From an uncultured Atopobium sp. (GTDB lineage: Bacteria; Actinomycetota; Coriobacteriia; Coriobacteriales; Atopobiaceae): a stretch of DNA of 64,000 nucleotides. Of the stretch, positions 28,263-37,485 are shown one piece after another (within the stretch, counting starts at the first letter, position 1; each line of letters opens with the position of its first letter). Location: NCBI GenBank assembly GCA_937990665.1, contig CALKRF010000155.1, positions 19,295 through 83,294 on the forward strand. The letters are read 5' to 3'. The position numbers and the translations under genes were made by a program. The notes beneath the pieces are model-generated. The model made no database searches and was not told where the DNA came from. It worked only from the letters and a program-made list of their open reading frames with translations.

Positions 28263-30722
28263 TTATCCGCGAATTTCTCCGCCGGTAGAACGAAGAACCT
28301 TCTCCACAAGCTTTGTATGGGTCTTCTCGACCTCTTCTGAAGTAAGCGTTCTGTCGTCTGCACGATACGTGAGCGAGAAGGCCATAGACTTCTTGCCTTC
28401 ACCAACACGCAGGGCGTCGCGATACACGTCAAAGAGCCTGATGTCGCAGAGGAGCTTGCCACCAGCAGACTTCAAACGCTGAACCAACTGCTCAGCAGTA
28501 ACGCTCTCGTCAACAACAAGTGCCAGGTCAATAGAGATGCCTGGGTAGGTTGGAGGCTCAACAATAGGAAGATCTTTCTGAGAAAGACGCAAAAGCGACG
28601 CAACAGAAATCTCAAACGCAATGACGGGAACCTCAATGTCAAAGTTCTGAAGCGACAAAGGATGAATGTTTCCAACCCAACCGATTGTCTCGCTACCTGC
28701 AAGAATCTCAGCAGCACGACCAGGCTGCAGCCAACCGTACTGCTCTGGCTCAGCTACACGGAAACGCACCTTAGGAATACGAAGCGCCTCAAGCAGGCCC
28801 TCAACAATGCCCTTAGCATCAAAGAAATCGTAAGCAGGATACTTAGCGTTCCACGAATCATCTGCTGGGCGACCAACTAATACGCCACAGACGTAACTGG
28901 GCTCATCTGGCTGGCTCTTATCCTTGTGGCCAAAGAGCACGCGACCTAGCTCGTACATAGCAATGTTAGAAACGCCATGGGCAAGGTTATATGCAACGGA
29001 GCGCAGAAGACCTGGGACAATGGAGCGACGCATCTCAGACTGATCAGCAACAAGTGGGCTCATAACCTTTACAGGCACGCCTCTTCCCTCTTCGCTCATG
29101 CCAAGCTTAGAAAGGTCGTCTGGACTTGCAAACAGATACGACTTTGTCTCGTTCAAGCCAAGAGCGCGCAGCGTGCGACCGATCTTTCTAATCTGACGTT
29201 GCTCTGAAGTCAGGCCGCCAGCATGGTTTCTAGCAGCAGGAAGCGTAGCCTCAATATCACCTTCACCCCACAGGCGAACAATCTCCTCAATCAGGTCAAC
29301 CTCGCGTGTAAGGTCTGGACGATTTGTAGGAGCAATAACGCTCAGCTCTCCGTTGTCTGCAGGAGTAATCTTGCAACCAAGACGCGTAAGGCGAGAAACC
29401 ATAAACTCTTCTGGAATCTGAGCACCTGCAAGGGCGCAGACACGCCCTGGACGAAGCTTAATTGTTACTGCCTCTTTTACCTTTGGATATACATCAACGA
29501 TACCTGGGCAAACCTCAGCACCACAGCACTCCTCAAAGAGAGCTGCTGCAATATCTGCAACAGATGCGCAGCCGTTTGGATCCACAAGACGCTCGTAGCG
29601 AATAGAAGCCTCACTCATAAGGTCAAGGTTTCTGCTGGTACGGCTAATGTGTCCATTATCAAAGACCGCAGACTCCAAAAGAACATCAACGGTATTCTCG
29701 GTAATTTCAGAATCCAAGCCGCCCATAACACCAGCAAGCGCAATAGGAGTTTTACCGTTATCAGTAATGACGGTCATATCAGACGTGAGCTCACGGTCTT
29801 CTCCATCAAGCGTCACAATGTGCTCACCGTCTTCTGCGGCGCGAACCACAATGTGATACTTGCCATCTTCCTTGGTAAGTTTTCCAAGGTCAAAAGCGTG
29901 TAGAGGCTGGCCAGTCAGGTACATAACGTAGTTGGTAACATCAACAACGTTGTTGATTGAGCGGCCACCACAAGCTGTAACGCGACGAGCAAGCCACTCA
30001 GGGCTTGGACCAATCTTGACGTTACGAACCACGCGAGCGGTGTACCTTGAGCAGAGCTCGGGGTCAGCAATAGTAACATCTACCTGCTCAGATGCATCTG
30101 CACCAGACTCAGAGGCAACACTTGGAAGCTCAATGTGGGTGTCGATGTCATACATTGCAGAAACCTCAACAGCCATACCTGTCATAGAGAGGCAGTCAGG
30201 ACGGTTAGGGGTAATCTCGCAATCAAGAACAACGTCAGACATGCCCAGGTAATCCGTAAGTGGCATACCAATTGGAGCATCCTCAGGAAGAATCATAATG
30301 CCGCTCTGGTCATCGCCAAGACCCAGCTCGCGAGAAGAGCAGTTCATGCCGCAAGACTCAACGCCACGCAGCTTGGACTTTTTAATCTTAAAGTCTCCAG
30401 GAAGTACTGCACCAATCATTGCGGTAACAATGTGGTCTCCCTGATTAAAGTTCTGAGCTCCGCAAACAATCTGCAGAGGAACAGGATTTCCGTCCTTATC
30501 CACATTATTGTTGCCCACGTCAACGAGGGTAACGTACATGTGATCAGAATCAGGATGAGGCTCTTTGCTCACAACCTGAGCTGTAACAACATAATCAAGG
30601 TTAGCGCCAACACGCTCTACAGCTTCAACCTCAGTGCCCGTGCGCACAAACTCACGCTCAAGGTCTTTTGGGTCCTGAGGAAGATCAACGAGCGTCTTCA
30701 GCCATTCATAAGATACACGCAT
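28263..30722 (-). CDS. pheT: Phenylalanine--tRNA ligase beta subunit
   Basis: 819 aa. N-terminal MRVSYEWLK... tRNA-binding domain, typical bacterial PheT length and layout, sited directly downstream of pheS. Confidence 0.93.
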   Translation of the reverse strand: MRVSYEWLKTLVDLPQDPKDLEREFVRTGTEVEAVERVGANLDYVVTAQVVSKEPHPDSDHMYVTLVDVGNNNVDKDGNPVPLQIVCGAQNFNQGDHIVTAMIGAVLPGDFKIKKSKLRGVESCGMNCSSRELGLGDDQSGIMILPEDAPIGMPLTDYLGMSDVVLDCEITPNRPDCLSMTGMAVEVSAMYDIDTHIELPSVASESGADASEQVDVTIADPELCSRYTARVVRNVKIGPSPEWLARRVTACGGRSINNVVDVTNYVMYLTGQPLHAFDLGKLTKEDGKYHIVVRAAEDGEHIVTLDGEDRELTSDMTVITDNGKTPIALAGVMGGLDSEITENTVDVLLESAVFDNGHISRTSRNLDLMSEASIRYERLVDPNGCASVADIAAALFEECCGAEVCPGIVDVYPKVKEAVTIKLRPGRVCALAGAQIPEEFMVSRLTRLGCKITPADNGELSVIAPTNRPDLTREVDLIEEIVRLWGEGDIEATLPAARNHAGGLTSEQRQIRKIGRTLRALGLNETKSYLFASPDDLSKLGMSEEGRGVPVKVMSPLVADQSEMRRSIVPGLLRSVAYNLAHGVSNIAMYELGRVLFGHKDKSQPDEPSYVCGVLVGRPADDSWNAKYPAYDFFDAKGIVEGLLEALRIPKVRFRVAEPEQYGWLQPGRAAEILAGSETIGWVGNIHPLSLQNFDIEVPVIAFEISVASLLRLSQKDLPIVEPPTYPGISIDLALVVDESVTAEQLVQRLKSAGGKLLCDIRLFDVYRDALRVGEGKKSMAFSLTYRADDRTLTSEEVEKTHTKLVEKVLRSTGGEIRG

Positions 30723-30752
30723 GTGATTGCCTTTCTAATAAGACGCCGATGA

Positions 30753-31820
30753 TTAGAACTGACGCAGGACTCTCTGGTCACCAGAGATGAGCATACGCAG
30801 GTCAGGAAGGTCATAACGAAGTGCTGCAACACGCTCAACACCAATGCCAAAGGCAAAGCCTGTGTACTTCTCGGAATCAATACCGCAGTACTTGAAGACG
30901 TTAGGATCAACCATGCCGCAGCCAAGAATCTCAAGCCAACCGGTATTCTTGCAGAAGCGGCAGCCCTCGCCGTGACAGACGCCACAAGAAACATCTACCT
31001 CGCAGCTTGGCTCAGTGAATGGGAAGAAGTGAGGACGATAGCGTGTAGCACGGTCCTTACCAAAGATCTCACGAGTAAAGTGATCAAGGGTGCCTTTGAG
31101 GTCACCAAAGGTGATTCCCTCATCAACAACAAGGCCTTCCATCTGCGTAAACTGAGGCAGGTGGTTAGCGTCTGCTGTGTCAGGACGGAATACCGTACCA
31201 GGGCAAATCATGTAAATAGGAGGCTCTTTTGTCTCCATGGTATGCACCTGAACGCCGGAGGTCTGCGTACGAAGAAGAACGTCAGACTCACCCAGTACGT
31301 GCGATTCCTTTCCTTCTGGTGCATTGTCTACTACGTAGAACGTATCCTTACCAGAACGGCTTGGGTGATCTTCAGGAGCGTTCAGCGCTGTGAAGTTGTA
31401 GTAGGTGGTCTCAACATAGGGGCCCGTCTCAATGGTGTAACCCATGCTGATGAAGATGTCTTCCATCTCTTCACGTACCTGCTCAATGAGGTGCTGAGTA
31501 CCTGGGCTCAGACGACGACCTGGAAGGGTAATATCAGTTGCCTCAGCATTGAGCTGGGCTTCAAGGGCTTCTCGCTTTAAAGCAAGCTGGCGCTCACGAA
31601 TAGCGGTCTCAACGTTAGCGCGAACAGTGTTTGCAAGCTGACCCATTTGAGGGCGCTGATCTGCGGGAACCTGACCCATCATACGCATAATTGCGGTAAG
31701 AGAGCCCTTCTTTCCCATTGATGCAACGCGCACCTTCTCAAGTGCTTCAAGGTTTGTTGCCTTAGCAATTCCTTCAAGTACTTGCTCGCGAATTGCCGAG
31801 AGTTCCTCAGACATTCCCAT
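30753..31820 (-). CDS. pheS: Phenylalanine--tRNA ligase alpha subunit
   Basis: Class II motifs: FRPDTADANHLPQFTQMEG and GFAFGIGVERVAALRY. ATG at 31820, with an alternative at 31814. Confidence 0.93.
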   Translation of the reverse strand: MGMSEELSAIREQVLEGIAKATNLEALEKVRVASMGKKGSLTAIMRMMGQVPADQRPQMGQLANTVRANVETAIRERQLALKREALEAQLNAEATDITLPGRRLSPGTQHLIEQVREEMEDIFISMGYTIETGPYVETTYYNFTALNAPEDHPSRSGKDTFYVVDNAPEGKESHVLGESDVLLRTQTSGVQVHTMETKEPPIYMICPGTVFRPDTADANHLPQFTQMEGLVVDEGITFGDLKGTLDHFTREIFGKDRATRYRPHFFPFTEPSCEVDVSCGVCHGEGCRFCKNTGWLEILGCGMVDPNVFKYCGIDSEKYTGFAFGIGVERVAALRYDLPDLRMLISGDQRVLRQF

Positions 31821-31837
31821 GTAATTACCCTTTCAAT

Positions 31838-32093
31838 AGAAAACCGCCCCTGAGCATATGCCCAAGGACGGAAAATTTCCGCGGTACCACCTCGGTTGAT
31901 TGCACAGTTTTCTCTCTGTGCAATCCACTTGAAAGCCTAGTCTCGTTAGGCAGACGACTTCCCTACTAAGCAATGACGCCGTTCAAGTTGTAGCTCGGGA
32001 GTGAACTCTACCAGCGCTGTGCAGGTGTTTCTCAACCACGAACACCCTCTCTGTTCACAACGTGCTCCGGCAAACCTCTCCGTCAACGCACTT
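31838..32093 (-). promoter_or_regulatory. T-box leader (tRNA-sensing riboswitch) upstream of pheST
   Basis: The minus-strand RNA contains the T-box sequence AGGUGGUACCGCG (+ strand 31880-31892). A terminator hairpin follows (CCGUCCUUGGGC / GCUCAGGGGCGG, 31844-31871) plus UUUUCU. An AGAGAG element sits in the 5' stem. GAGUUCAC offers a UUC (Phe) triplet followed by a purine. Confidence 0.75.
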
Positions 32094-32104
32094 TGTTCAG
32101 AGTA

Positions 32105-32917
32105 TCACACTGTGCGAGTTTTGAGCAGCAGCACAACCCTTTTTACCAGAAAGATAAACAAAAGCGTAACAACCGCGAGAAGAACGATGGTTCCTCCAGG
32201 TTTAAGGCCAAGCTCATAGGAGACAACAAGTCCACCAAGTGAGGTCAGCATACCCACCGTGCTTGCATACAAACAACATTGCTTCCAACTGCGGGAAATC
32301 TGCAGAGCGCAGGCAACAGGAACCACCATCATGGATGAAACAATAAGTGAGCCAACCGTTCTTGCTGCTACAGCAACCACCAAAGCTACTGCGATAACAA
32401 AGCCAAAGTTAATAAGGCTTACAGGCACACCTACACAACGGGCATGACGCTCGTCAAAAGACATCAAGAAAAGTTCTTTTCTGAGGAAGAAACAAAAAGC
32501 AACAGCAAGTACACTGATGGCCACAATCATCTGAACTTCTTGCTCGCTCACGGTCAAAATTGAGCCAAACATAAAGCTGTTGAAGCTTGATGAATTGGGA
32601 ACAAAACCTGACAAAACACCTGCTAGACCAATGCCTGCTGCCATAACAATAGCAACTGCAAGCTCTGACTGATCTTTAAAGTGACGACGCACTCCCTCAA
32701 CACAAAGCGCACCACCCAAACAAGCGGCAATTGCTCCGGCAACAGGATTAATACCTGCAATCATGCCGCCTGCAACACCTGCAAGAGAGGTATGTGAAAG
32801 AGCATCGCCAATCATAGAGAGGCGCTTCAATACAACCGTAACGCCTACAAGCGGGATAATTGCTCCCAGAAGAATTCCTACAAGAATTCCTCGCTGCATA
32901 AATACGTATTCAAACAT
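32105..32917 (-). CDS. znuB: Metal (zinc/manganese) ABC importer permease, ZnuB/ABC-3 family
   Basis: 270 aa, about 8 TM segments, ABC-3 family look (GDALSHTSLAGVAGG). Adjacent to the ATPase and the SBP. Confidence 0.8.
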   Translation of the reverse strand: MFEYVFMQRGILVGILLGAIIPLVGVTVVLKRLSMIGDALSHTSLAGVAGGMIAGINPVAGAIAACLGGALCVEGVRRHFKDQSELAVAIVMAAGIGLAGVLSGFVPNSSSFNSFMFGSILTVSEQEVQMIVAISVLAVAFCFFLRKELFLMSFDERHARCVGVPVSLINFGFVIAVALVVAVAARTVGSLIVSSMMVVPVACALQISRSWKQCCLYASTVGMLTSLGGLVVSYELGLKPGGTIVLLAVVTLLFIFLVKRVVLLLKTRTV

Positions 32918-33784
32918 TTATGCCCTCCTCTCATGCGAGTCTTGGGCATCTTGAACAACGTCGGACGCAGGACCAAGGGACTCCGTTAAAGCAAAATCAT
33001 CTAATTTTCCGCGATTGTGGTCGTGGACATGATGAGAGTCAAGGTCACAGTGAGCTCCATGAACTGCACAGTGATCATGACCGTGACCCCTACCTGCAAT
33101 TTCTGTAGCTTTGTGGTCAGCAACTTCAACAACTCGACAAGCCAGCGCATCAAGAGCTGCAAGATCATGCGTAACAATAAGTACCGCAAGATCTCGAGCT
33201 GCATGGGCTTCTCGCACTAGGCTATAGAAATGATTGCGACTCTCTTTATCAAGACCAGTTGTAGGCTCGTCCAGGATAAGTAGTGATGGGTTTCCTACCA
33301 GCGCGCAGGCAAGGCGAACTCTCTGGAGCTGTCCTCCAGAGAGTTCCCTAATAATACGCGTGGAAAAGTCAGTCATACCTACAAGGTCAAGTGCCTCAAG
33401 CGTGCGCTCGCGACGCTCTTTTGCGCTCATCTTTACCTTTTTGGCACGAGCATACTGACTTGCATCTACTAGCTCGACGACGCTTGCAGGAAAGCGATTA
33501 ACCGATTCTGAAGGCAGCTGTGGGACATAGCCTACACGCTCCCAGTCTTTAAACCGAGTCGAGGACGTTCCAAAAAGAAGTGACTTACCACTTGTAGGTT
33601 CAAGCTCACCCACCACAATACGAGAGAGCGTAGATTTACCAGCTCCGTTATCACCAATAAGAGCGCAAATCTCACCTTGATGAACGTCTAAATTTACATC
33701 GCTTAAGACACGCGTCTTCTTGTAAGAAAAACTCACGTCTTGAAGCGAAACGGCTATCTGACTTTCCTGCAACACGTCCTCCAA
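32918..33784 (-). CDS. znuC: Metal ABC importer ATP-binding protein with a His/Cys/Asp-rich C-terminal tail
   Basis: GDNGAGKST, LSGGQLQRVRLA, LLILDEPTTGLD, then the tail GRGHGHDHCAVHGAHCDLDSHHVHDHNRG. The start is TTG at 33784 or TTG at 33772 (5 nt after GGAGG). Confidence 0.8.
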   Translation of the reverse strand: MEDVLQESQIAVSLQDVSFSYKKTRVLSDVNLDVHQGEICALIGDNGAGKSTLSRIVVGELEPTSGKSLLFGTSSTRFKDWERVGYVPQLPSESVNRFPASVVELVDASQYARAKKVKMSAKERRERTLEALDLVGMTDFSTRIIRELSGGQLQRVRLACALVGNPSLLILDEPTTGLDKESRNHFYSLVREAHAARDLAVLIVTHDLAALDALACRVVEVADHKATEIAGRGHGHDHCAVHGAHCDLDSHHVHDHNRGKLDDFALTESLGPASDVVQDAQDSHERRA

Positions 33785-33809
33785 ACATCCAGCCTAAGCT
33801 GGCAACACA

Positions 33810-34805
33810 CTATGCGAGAGCGCCCTCAAGAGCCTTGAGGTTCTCGCGCATAACAGAGAGGTAATCCTCGCCTGCCTTGAGCTCCTCGTCAGTAAGACCC
33901 TCAAGTGGGTTGAGCTCTTCAACACGAGCTCCTGTTGCTTCAGCAATTGCCTGAGCAACCTTAGGGCTTACCAGTTCCTCCGTAAAAATAACCTTTACAT
34001 TATGCTCTTTTACGAACTCAGTAATCTCTTTCATTTCTTGAGCATTTGGCTCTGCATCTGCCTCAACACCCTCGATTGGCATCTGTGTAAGACCATATGC
34101 CTCACATAGATAACCAAATGCCTGGTGAGAAACAACAATGGTCTTGTTAGGTAGTGAATCCAGACCCTTGTGGAACTCACTATCAAGCGTATCAAAGTCT
34201 GCGTTTGCCTTATCAAGATTGGCAGCATACTCTGACTTGTGCTCAGAGTCCTTCTCGGAAAGCGCATCACAAATATTCTTCATCTGAATCTTTGCATTCA
34301 GAGGGCTCAGCCAAACGTGAGGGTCAGTTCCGCCATGATCGTGATCGTGATCATGGTCGTCTTTCTTCTCCTCATGATCGTGATCATCGTCCTCTTCAAG
34401 CTCAAGAAGTTTAACGTCTTTGCTGGTCTCAACTGCTGTAAGTTTTGTGCCAGAACCAAGACCATCAAGTACGTCCTTGACCCAGTGCTCCATACCAGCA
34501 CCGTTGTAAATCAAGAAGTCTGCTTCCTGGATAGTCTTCATATCCTTGCTGGATGGCTCCCAATCATGTGGCTCAGTACCTGCTGGAACGAGGCATGTTA
34601 CTTCAGCATGATCGCCAGCAATGCGCTTTGCAAAATCGTACATAGGATAAAAACTTGCAACAATGCTGAGCTTCTTCTGGTCTTTGTTATCAGAAGCTCC
34701 TTCTTGCTTTTGAGCCTCAGGCTTGCAGCCAGCAAGAATAGCACTCACTCCAAAAGCGGAAGCTACAAGTGCGCTACGACGAGAAACGGTTGGATTCAAA
34801 TTCAT
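33810..34805 (-). CDS. znuA: Zinc ABC importer substrate-binding lipoprotein (cluster A-I SBP) with a His-rich loop
   Basis: The ATG at 34805 follows GGGAGATG. Signal and lipobox: RRSALVASAFGVSAILAGC. Acidic/His loop EEDDDHDHEEKKDDHDHDHDHGG, then HVWLSP. The ORF-track start 34901 is unlikely. Confidence 0.85.
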   Translation of the reverse strand: MNLNPTVSRRSALVASAFGVSAILAGCKPEAQKQEGASDNKDQKKLSIVASFYPMYDFAKRIAGDHAEVTCLVPAGTEPHDWEPSSKDMKTIQEADFLIYNGAGMEHWVKDVLDGLGSGTKLTAVETSKDVKLLELEEDDDHDHEEKKDDHDHDHDHGGTDPHVWLSPLNAKIQMKNICDALSEKDSEHKSEYAANLDKANADFDTLDSEFHKGLDSLPNKTIVVSHQAFGYLCEAYGLTQMPIEGVEADAEPNAQEMKEITEFVKEHNVKVIFTEELVSPKVAQAIAEATGARVEELNPLEGLTDEELKAGEDYLSVMRENLKALEGALA

Positions 34806-35131
34806 GTTACATCTCCCAAAACTATAAAAACCAATACGGTGTAGTGCCAAATTCTTCAAACAAAATCGTGCGATTGTCCTCGCTACCAAGCATAAAAACA
34901 TGGCGAGAAACCCATGTTTCTCCTCACTTCTTTGCCTTTCTACTCACTTCTCATCATCTGAACATGCATTCATGCTTCCCCTTTAGCACGAAAGCGGGCT
35001 GTCTTCCGACAGTCCGCTTTCTAAAAGTTAGCCTTAGTATACATATTCCAATTCAAGTCAACGATAAATTTCTTATCTTTTCCGCAAACGGAATTGGAAT
35101 AAACAGGTTAACTGTTTTATCTCTTGCTAAC

Positions 35132-35776
35132 CTACTGATCTTTCTCCGCATACGGAGTAATAATCAAATCTCCACTATTATACTCACCCAAATAAACCTC
35201 TGAAGCAGACTTATAACCTTGATGCTCAAGTTCTCTTTCAAGCCAATTCTCTTCCAGGTCCAGCGTCTCAAGAATGTTCGTCTGAACTTGTCCGTCAGTA
35301 ATAAGCGGGAATCTAACGTTCTCTTCTCCTTTTTTAACAATAATCAACTGTCCATTTTGCTCAAGAATGGCACGCTTAACGTCTGAGATATAATTCACTC
35401 CTGCCTGGCGAAGCTTCAGCGACACATCGTAGGCAGTGAGACCCATAGACCTACAGTTGTCTACAAGCAGCTTGCCCTTATCAATAACAATAACAGGACG
35501 TCCATCAATCAACTGCTTGACCAGCATATTGTTTGTTCTCAGCCATTTGAGAACCATAACAATAATGAGCCAAATAAGCAGGACAAGGGTGAACTGCAAA
35601 ATGGTAATTGAACTGTTGTAGATCATGCCGCCAACAATGCCGCCAAGTACAAAGTTTTGAACCTGGTCAATTGCTGCAGTTGGTGCTAGGTTTCCTTTTC
35701 CGCTGACGTTAATTGCCAGAACAAGCGAGAAAAGACCGATGCACAATTTAATGGCAACTTCTAAATAAAAGTTCAT
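35132..35776 (-). CDS. DUF421 (YetF-family) membrane protein
   Basis: 214 aa with 3 N-terminal TM segments and a soluble C-terminal domain LIDGRPVIVIDKGKLLVDN...ILEQNGQLIIV, typical of DUF421. Confidence 0.7.
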   Translation of the reverse strand: MNFYLEVAIKLCIGLFSLVLAINVSGKGNLAPTAAIDQVQNFVLGGIVGGMIYNSSITILQFTLVLLIWLIIVMVLKWLRTNNMLVKQLIDGRPVIVIDKGKLLVDNCRSMGLTAYDVSLKLRQAGVNYISDVKRAILEQNGQLIIVKKGEENVRFPLITDGQVQTNILETLDLEENWLERELEHQGYKSASEVYLGEYNSGDLIITPYAEKDQ

Positions 35777-35780
35777 CGAT

Positions 35781-36224
35781 CTACTCCTCTACATGCTTAA
35801 TGTCATTACCAATGAGATTGATCTGTTCAATGACATAGTCATTCTCGGTATTTTTCAAAACGTGATAATACTTACCGTCAACCTCAAGATACGAGGGATT
35901 TCCCTGGCTATCAAAGGCAATGTACACGTGGTCAAAATCAACCTCAAGGCGTCGAGCAATGTTTTCTTGTGAGGCAATAATTGACTCATAGTGCTTAGTT
36001 GCTTGGTTGACCTCTAACACACGATCGAGCTGCAGAAGTCCAAGAAAAATGAGCGAGAACAGCGCAATGAGCGCCAGCTCACGATACTTAGAATTCTTTC
36101 TATCACGCATGTAATGCACAAGCGAGAAAACCATCAAAAGTGCAACAAGACCAAATAGAACAAGCTGAGTCCAGTCAAATGCTGTCGCATGGTGAATTAA
36201 ATAGTTATGGGAATAGAACTCCAT
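35781..36224 (-). CDS. DUF3290-like small membrane protein
   Basis: 147 aa with 2 N-terminal TM segments, placed 4 nt upstream of the DUF421 gene. This pairing is common in lactic acid bacteria (from memory). Confidence 0.5.
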   Translation of the reverse strand: MEFYSHNYLIHHATAFDWTQLVLFGLVALLMVFSLVHYMRDRKNSKYRELALIALFSLIFLGLLQLDRVLEVNQATKHYESIIASQENIARRLEVDFDHVYIAFDSQGNPSYLEVDGKYYHVLKNTENDYVIEQINLIGNDIKHVEE

Positions 36225-36261
36225 AGACTTCCTTTAGTTTGCATTACGTAAGATCCGCAGC

Positions 36262-37428
36262 TTAAGCCTTGTAAACGCTCTTTCCGCCGAGGAACGTCTC
36301 TTCAAGCTGAAGATCTTTTGTAATAACAATAAAGTCAGCATCATATCCAGGACGGATGAAGCCACAAACATCATCAATTCCACAGGAACGAGCTGGGTTT
36401 TCTGAAGCCATGCGAACTGCTTCTTCAGCAGACACAACGCCCCAGTCAAAGACGTTCTTCACGCCTTCAAACAGACGAAGGATTGAACCAGCAAGGCTGT
36501 GGGACTCATCCATCAAACGAGCAGTTCCGCCTTCAACAACAACAGGGAAATCGCCAAGCTTGTACTGTCCGTTAGGCATACCGCCTGCACGCATGCAGTC
36601 GGTAATAAGAACGGTATGGTCATATCCCTTTGCATTTACCAGAGCACGAACGGCAATAGGATTGAGGTGATGTCCATCGCAAATAGCCTCTGCATAAGTA
36701 CCGTGGGTGGTCATTGCAGCACCAACCATACCTGGCTCACGATGGTGAAGACCACTCATGCCGTTATAGGTGTGAACAAAGATGTCTGCACCAGCGTTTA
36801 CACAAGCAAGTGCCTCTTCATATGTTGCATCGGAGTGACCAAGTGCAACGTGAACGCCGCGATCTGCCATCTCTGCACAGAACTCTGGAGCACCATCACG
36901 CTCTGGAGCAATAGCAATCTTGGCAATCCAACCGTCAGCACGCTCCTGCCACTCATCAAAGACCTCTACATCTGGATCAAGGAAGTACGCAGGATTCTGG
37001 GCACCCTTGTGTTTCTCGGTAAAGAAAGGTCCCTCTAGGAAGATGCCCTGGATGCGAGCAGCATCAATACCGTTTGCCGCAATTCCCTCTGCTGCATCAG
37101 CAACGGACTCACAAGCATCACCGGTCTGCTGAACGCTTGCGGTTAGTGTTGTTGGAAGCCAAGAAGTTACACCGTTAGAGAGCAAACCCTGGGCAATCTC
37201 AATGACGCCATCAGGATCGCAGTCCATAATATCGTGGTCCAGGAAGCCATGAATATGGGTATCAACAAGGCCAGGTGCCACCCAAGAACCAGTACGATCA
37301 ACAATCTCGCAGTCTGGCTTCTCTTTAGTGAAATGACCAAATACACCATCTTCTACGAGCAAATATCCTGGACCAGAAGTTGCTCCTGGTAAAAAGAACT
37401 TATCTGCTTTAACTGCAAATGTACTCAT
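36262..37428 (-). CDS. nagA: N-acetylglucosamine/galactosamine-6-phosphate deacetylase
   Basis: Amidohydrolase HxH (DTHIHGF), LEGPF, ALGHSDATYEE, THTYNGMS. The ATG at 37428 follows TTGAGGTACGT. Confidence 0.88.
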   Translation of the reverse strand: MSTFAVKADKFFLPGATSGPGYLLVEDGVFGHFTKEKPDCEIVDRTGSWVAPGLVDTHIHGFLDHDIMDCDPDGVIEIAQGLLSNGVTSWLPTTLTASVQQTGDACESVADAAEGIAANGIDAARIQGIFLEGPFFTEKHKGAQNPAYFLDPDVEVFDEWQERADGWIAKIAIAPERDGAPEFCAEMADRGVHVALGHSDATYEEALACVNAGADIFVHTYNGMSGLHHREPGMVGAAMTTHGTYAEAICDGHHLNPIAVRALVNAKGYDHTVLITDCMRAGGMPNGQYKLGDFPVVVEGGTARLMDESHSLAGSILRLFEGVKNVFDWGVVSAEEAVRMASENPARSCGIDDVCGFIRPGYDADFIVITKDLQLEETFLGGKSVYKA

Positions 37429-37485
37429 ACGTACCTCAATCATTCTCAAAAGGACGCGCCATAGGCACGTCCTTCTTAGTAATTC

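Noticed and set aside
32001-32219. A 72-aa plus-strand ORF between znuB and pheS.
   Set aside because: It lies antisense to the T-box leader and the znuB 3' end. The region is fully explained by the riboswitch.
34769-35203. A 144-aa plus-strand ORF spanning the znuA/DUF421 intergenic region.
   Set aside because: It overlaps the znuA 5' end and the DUF421 3' end, crosses a hairpin, has no RBS, and gives a low-complexity translation.
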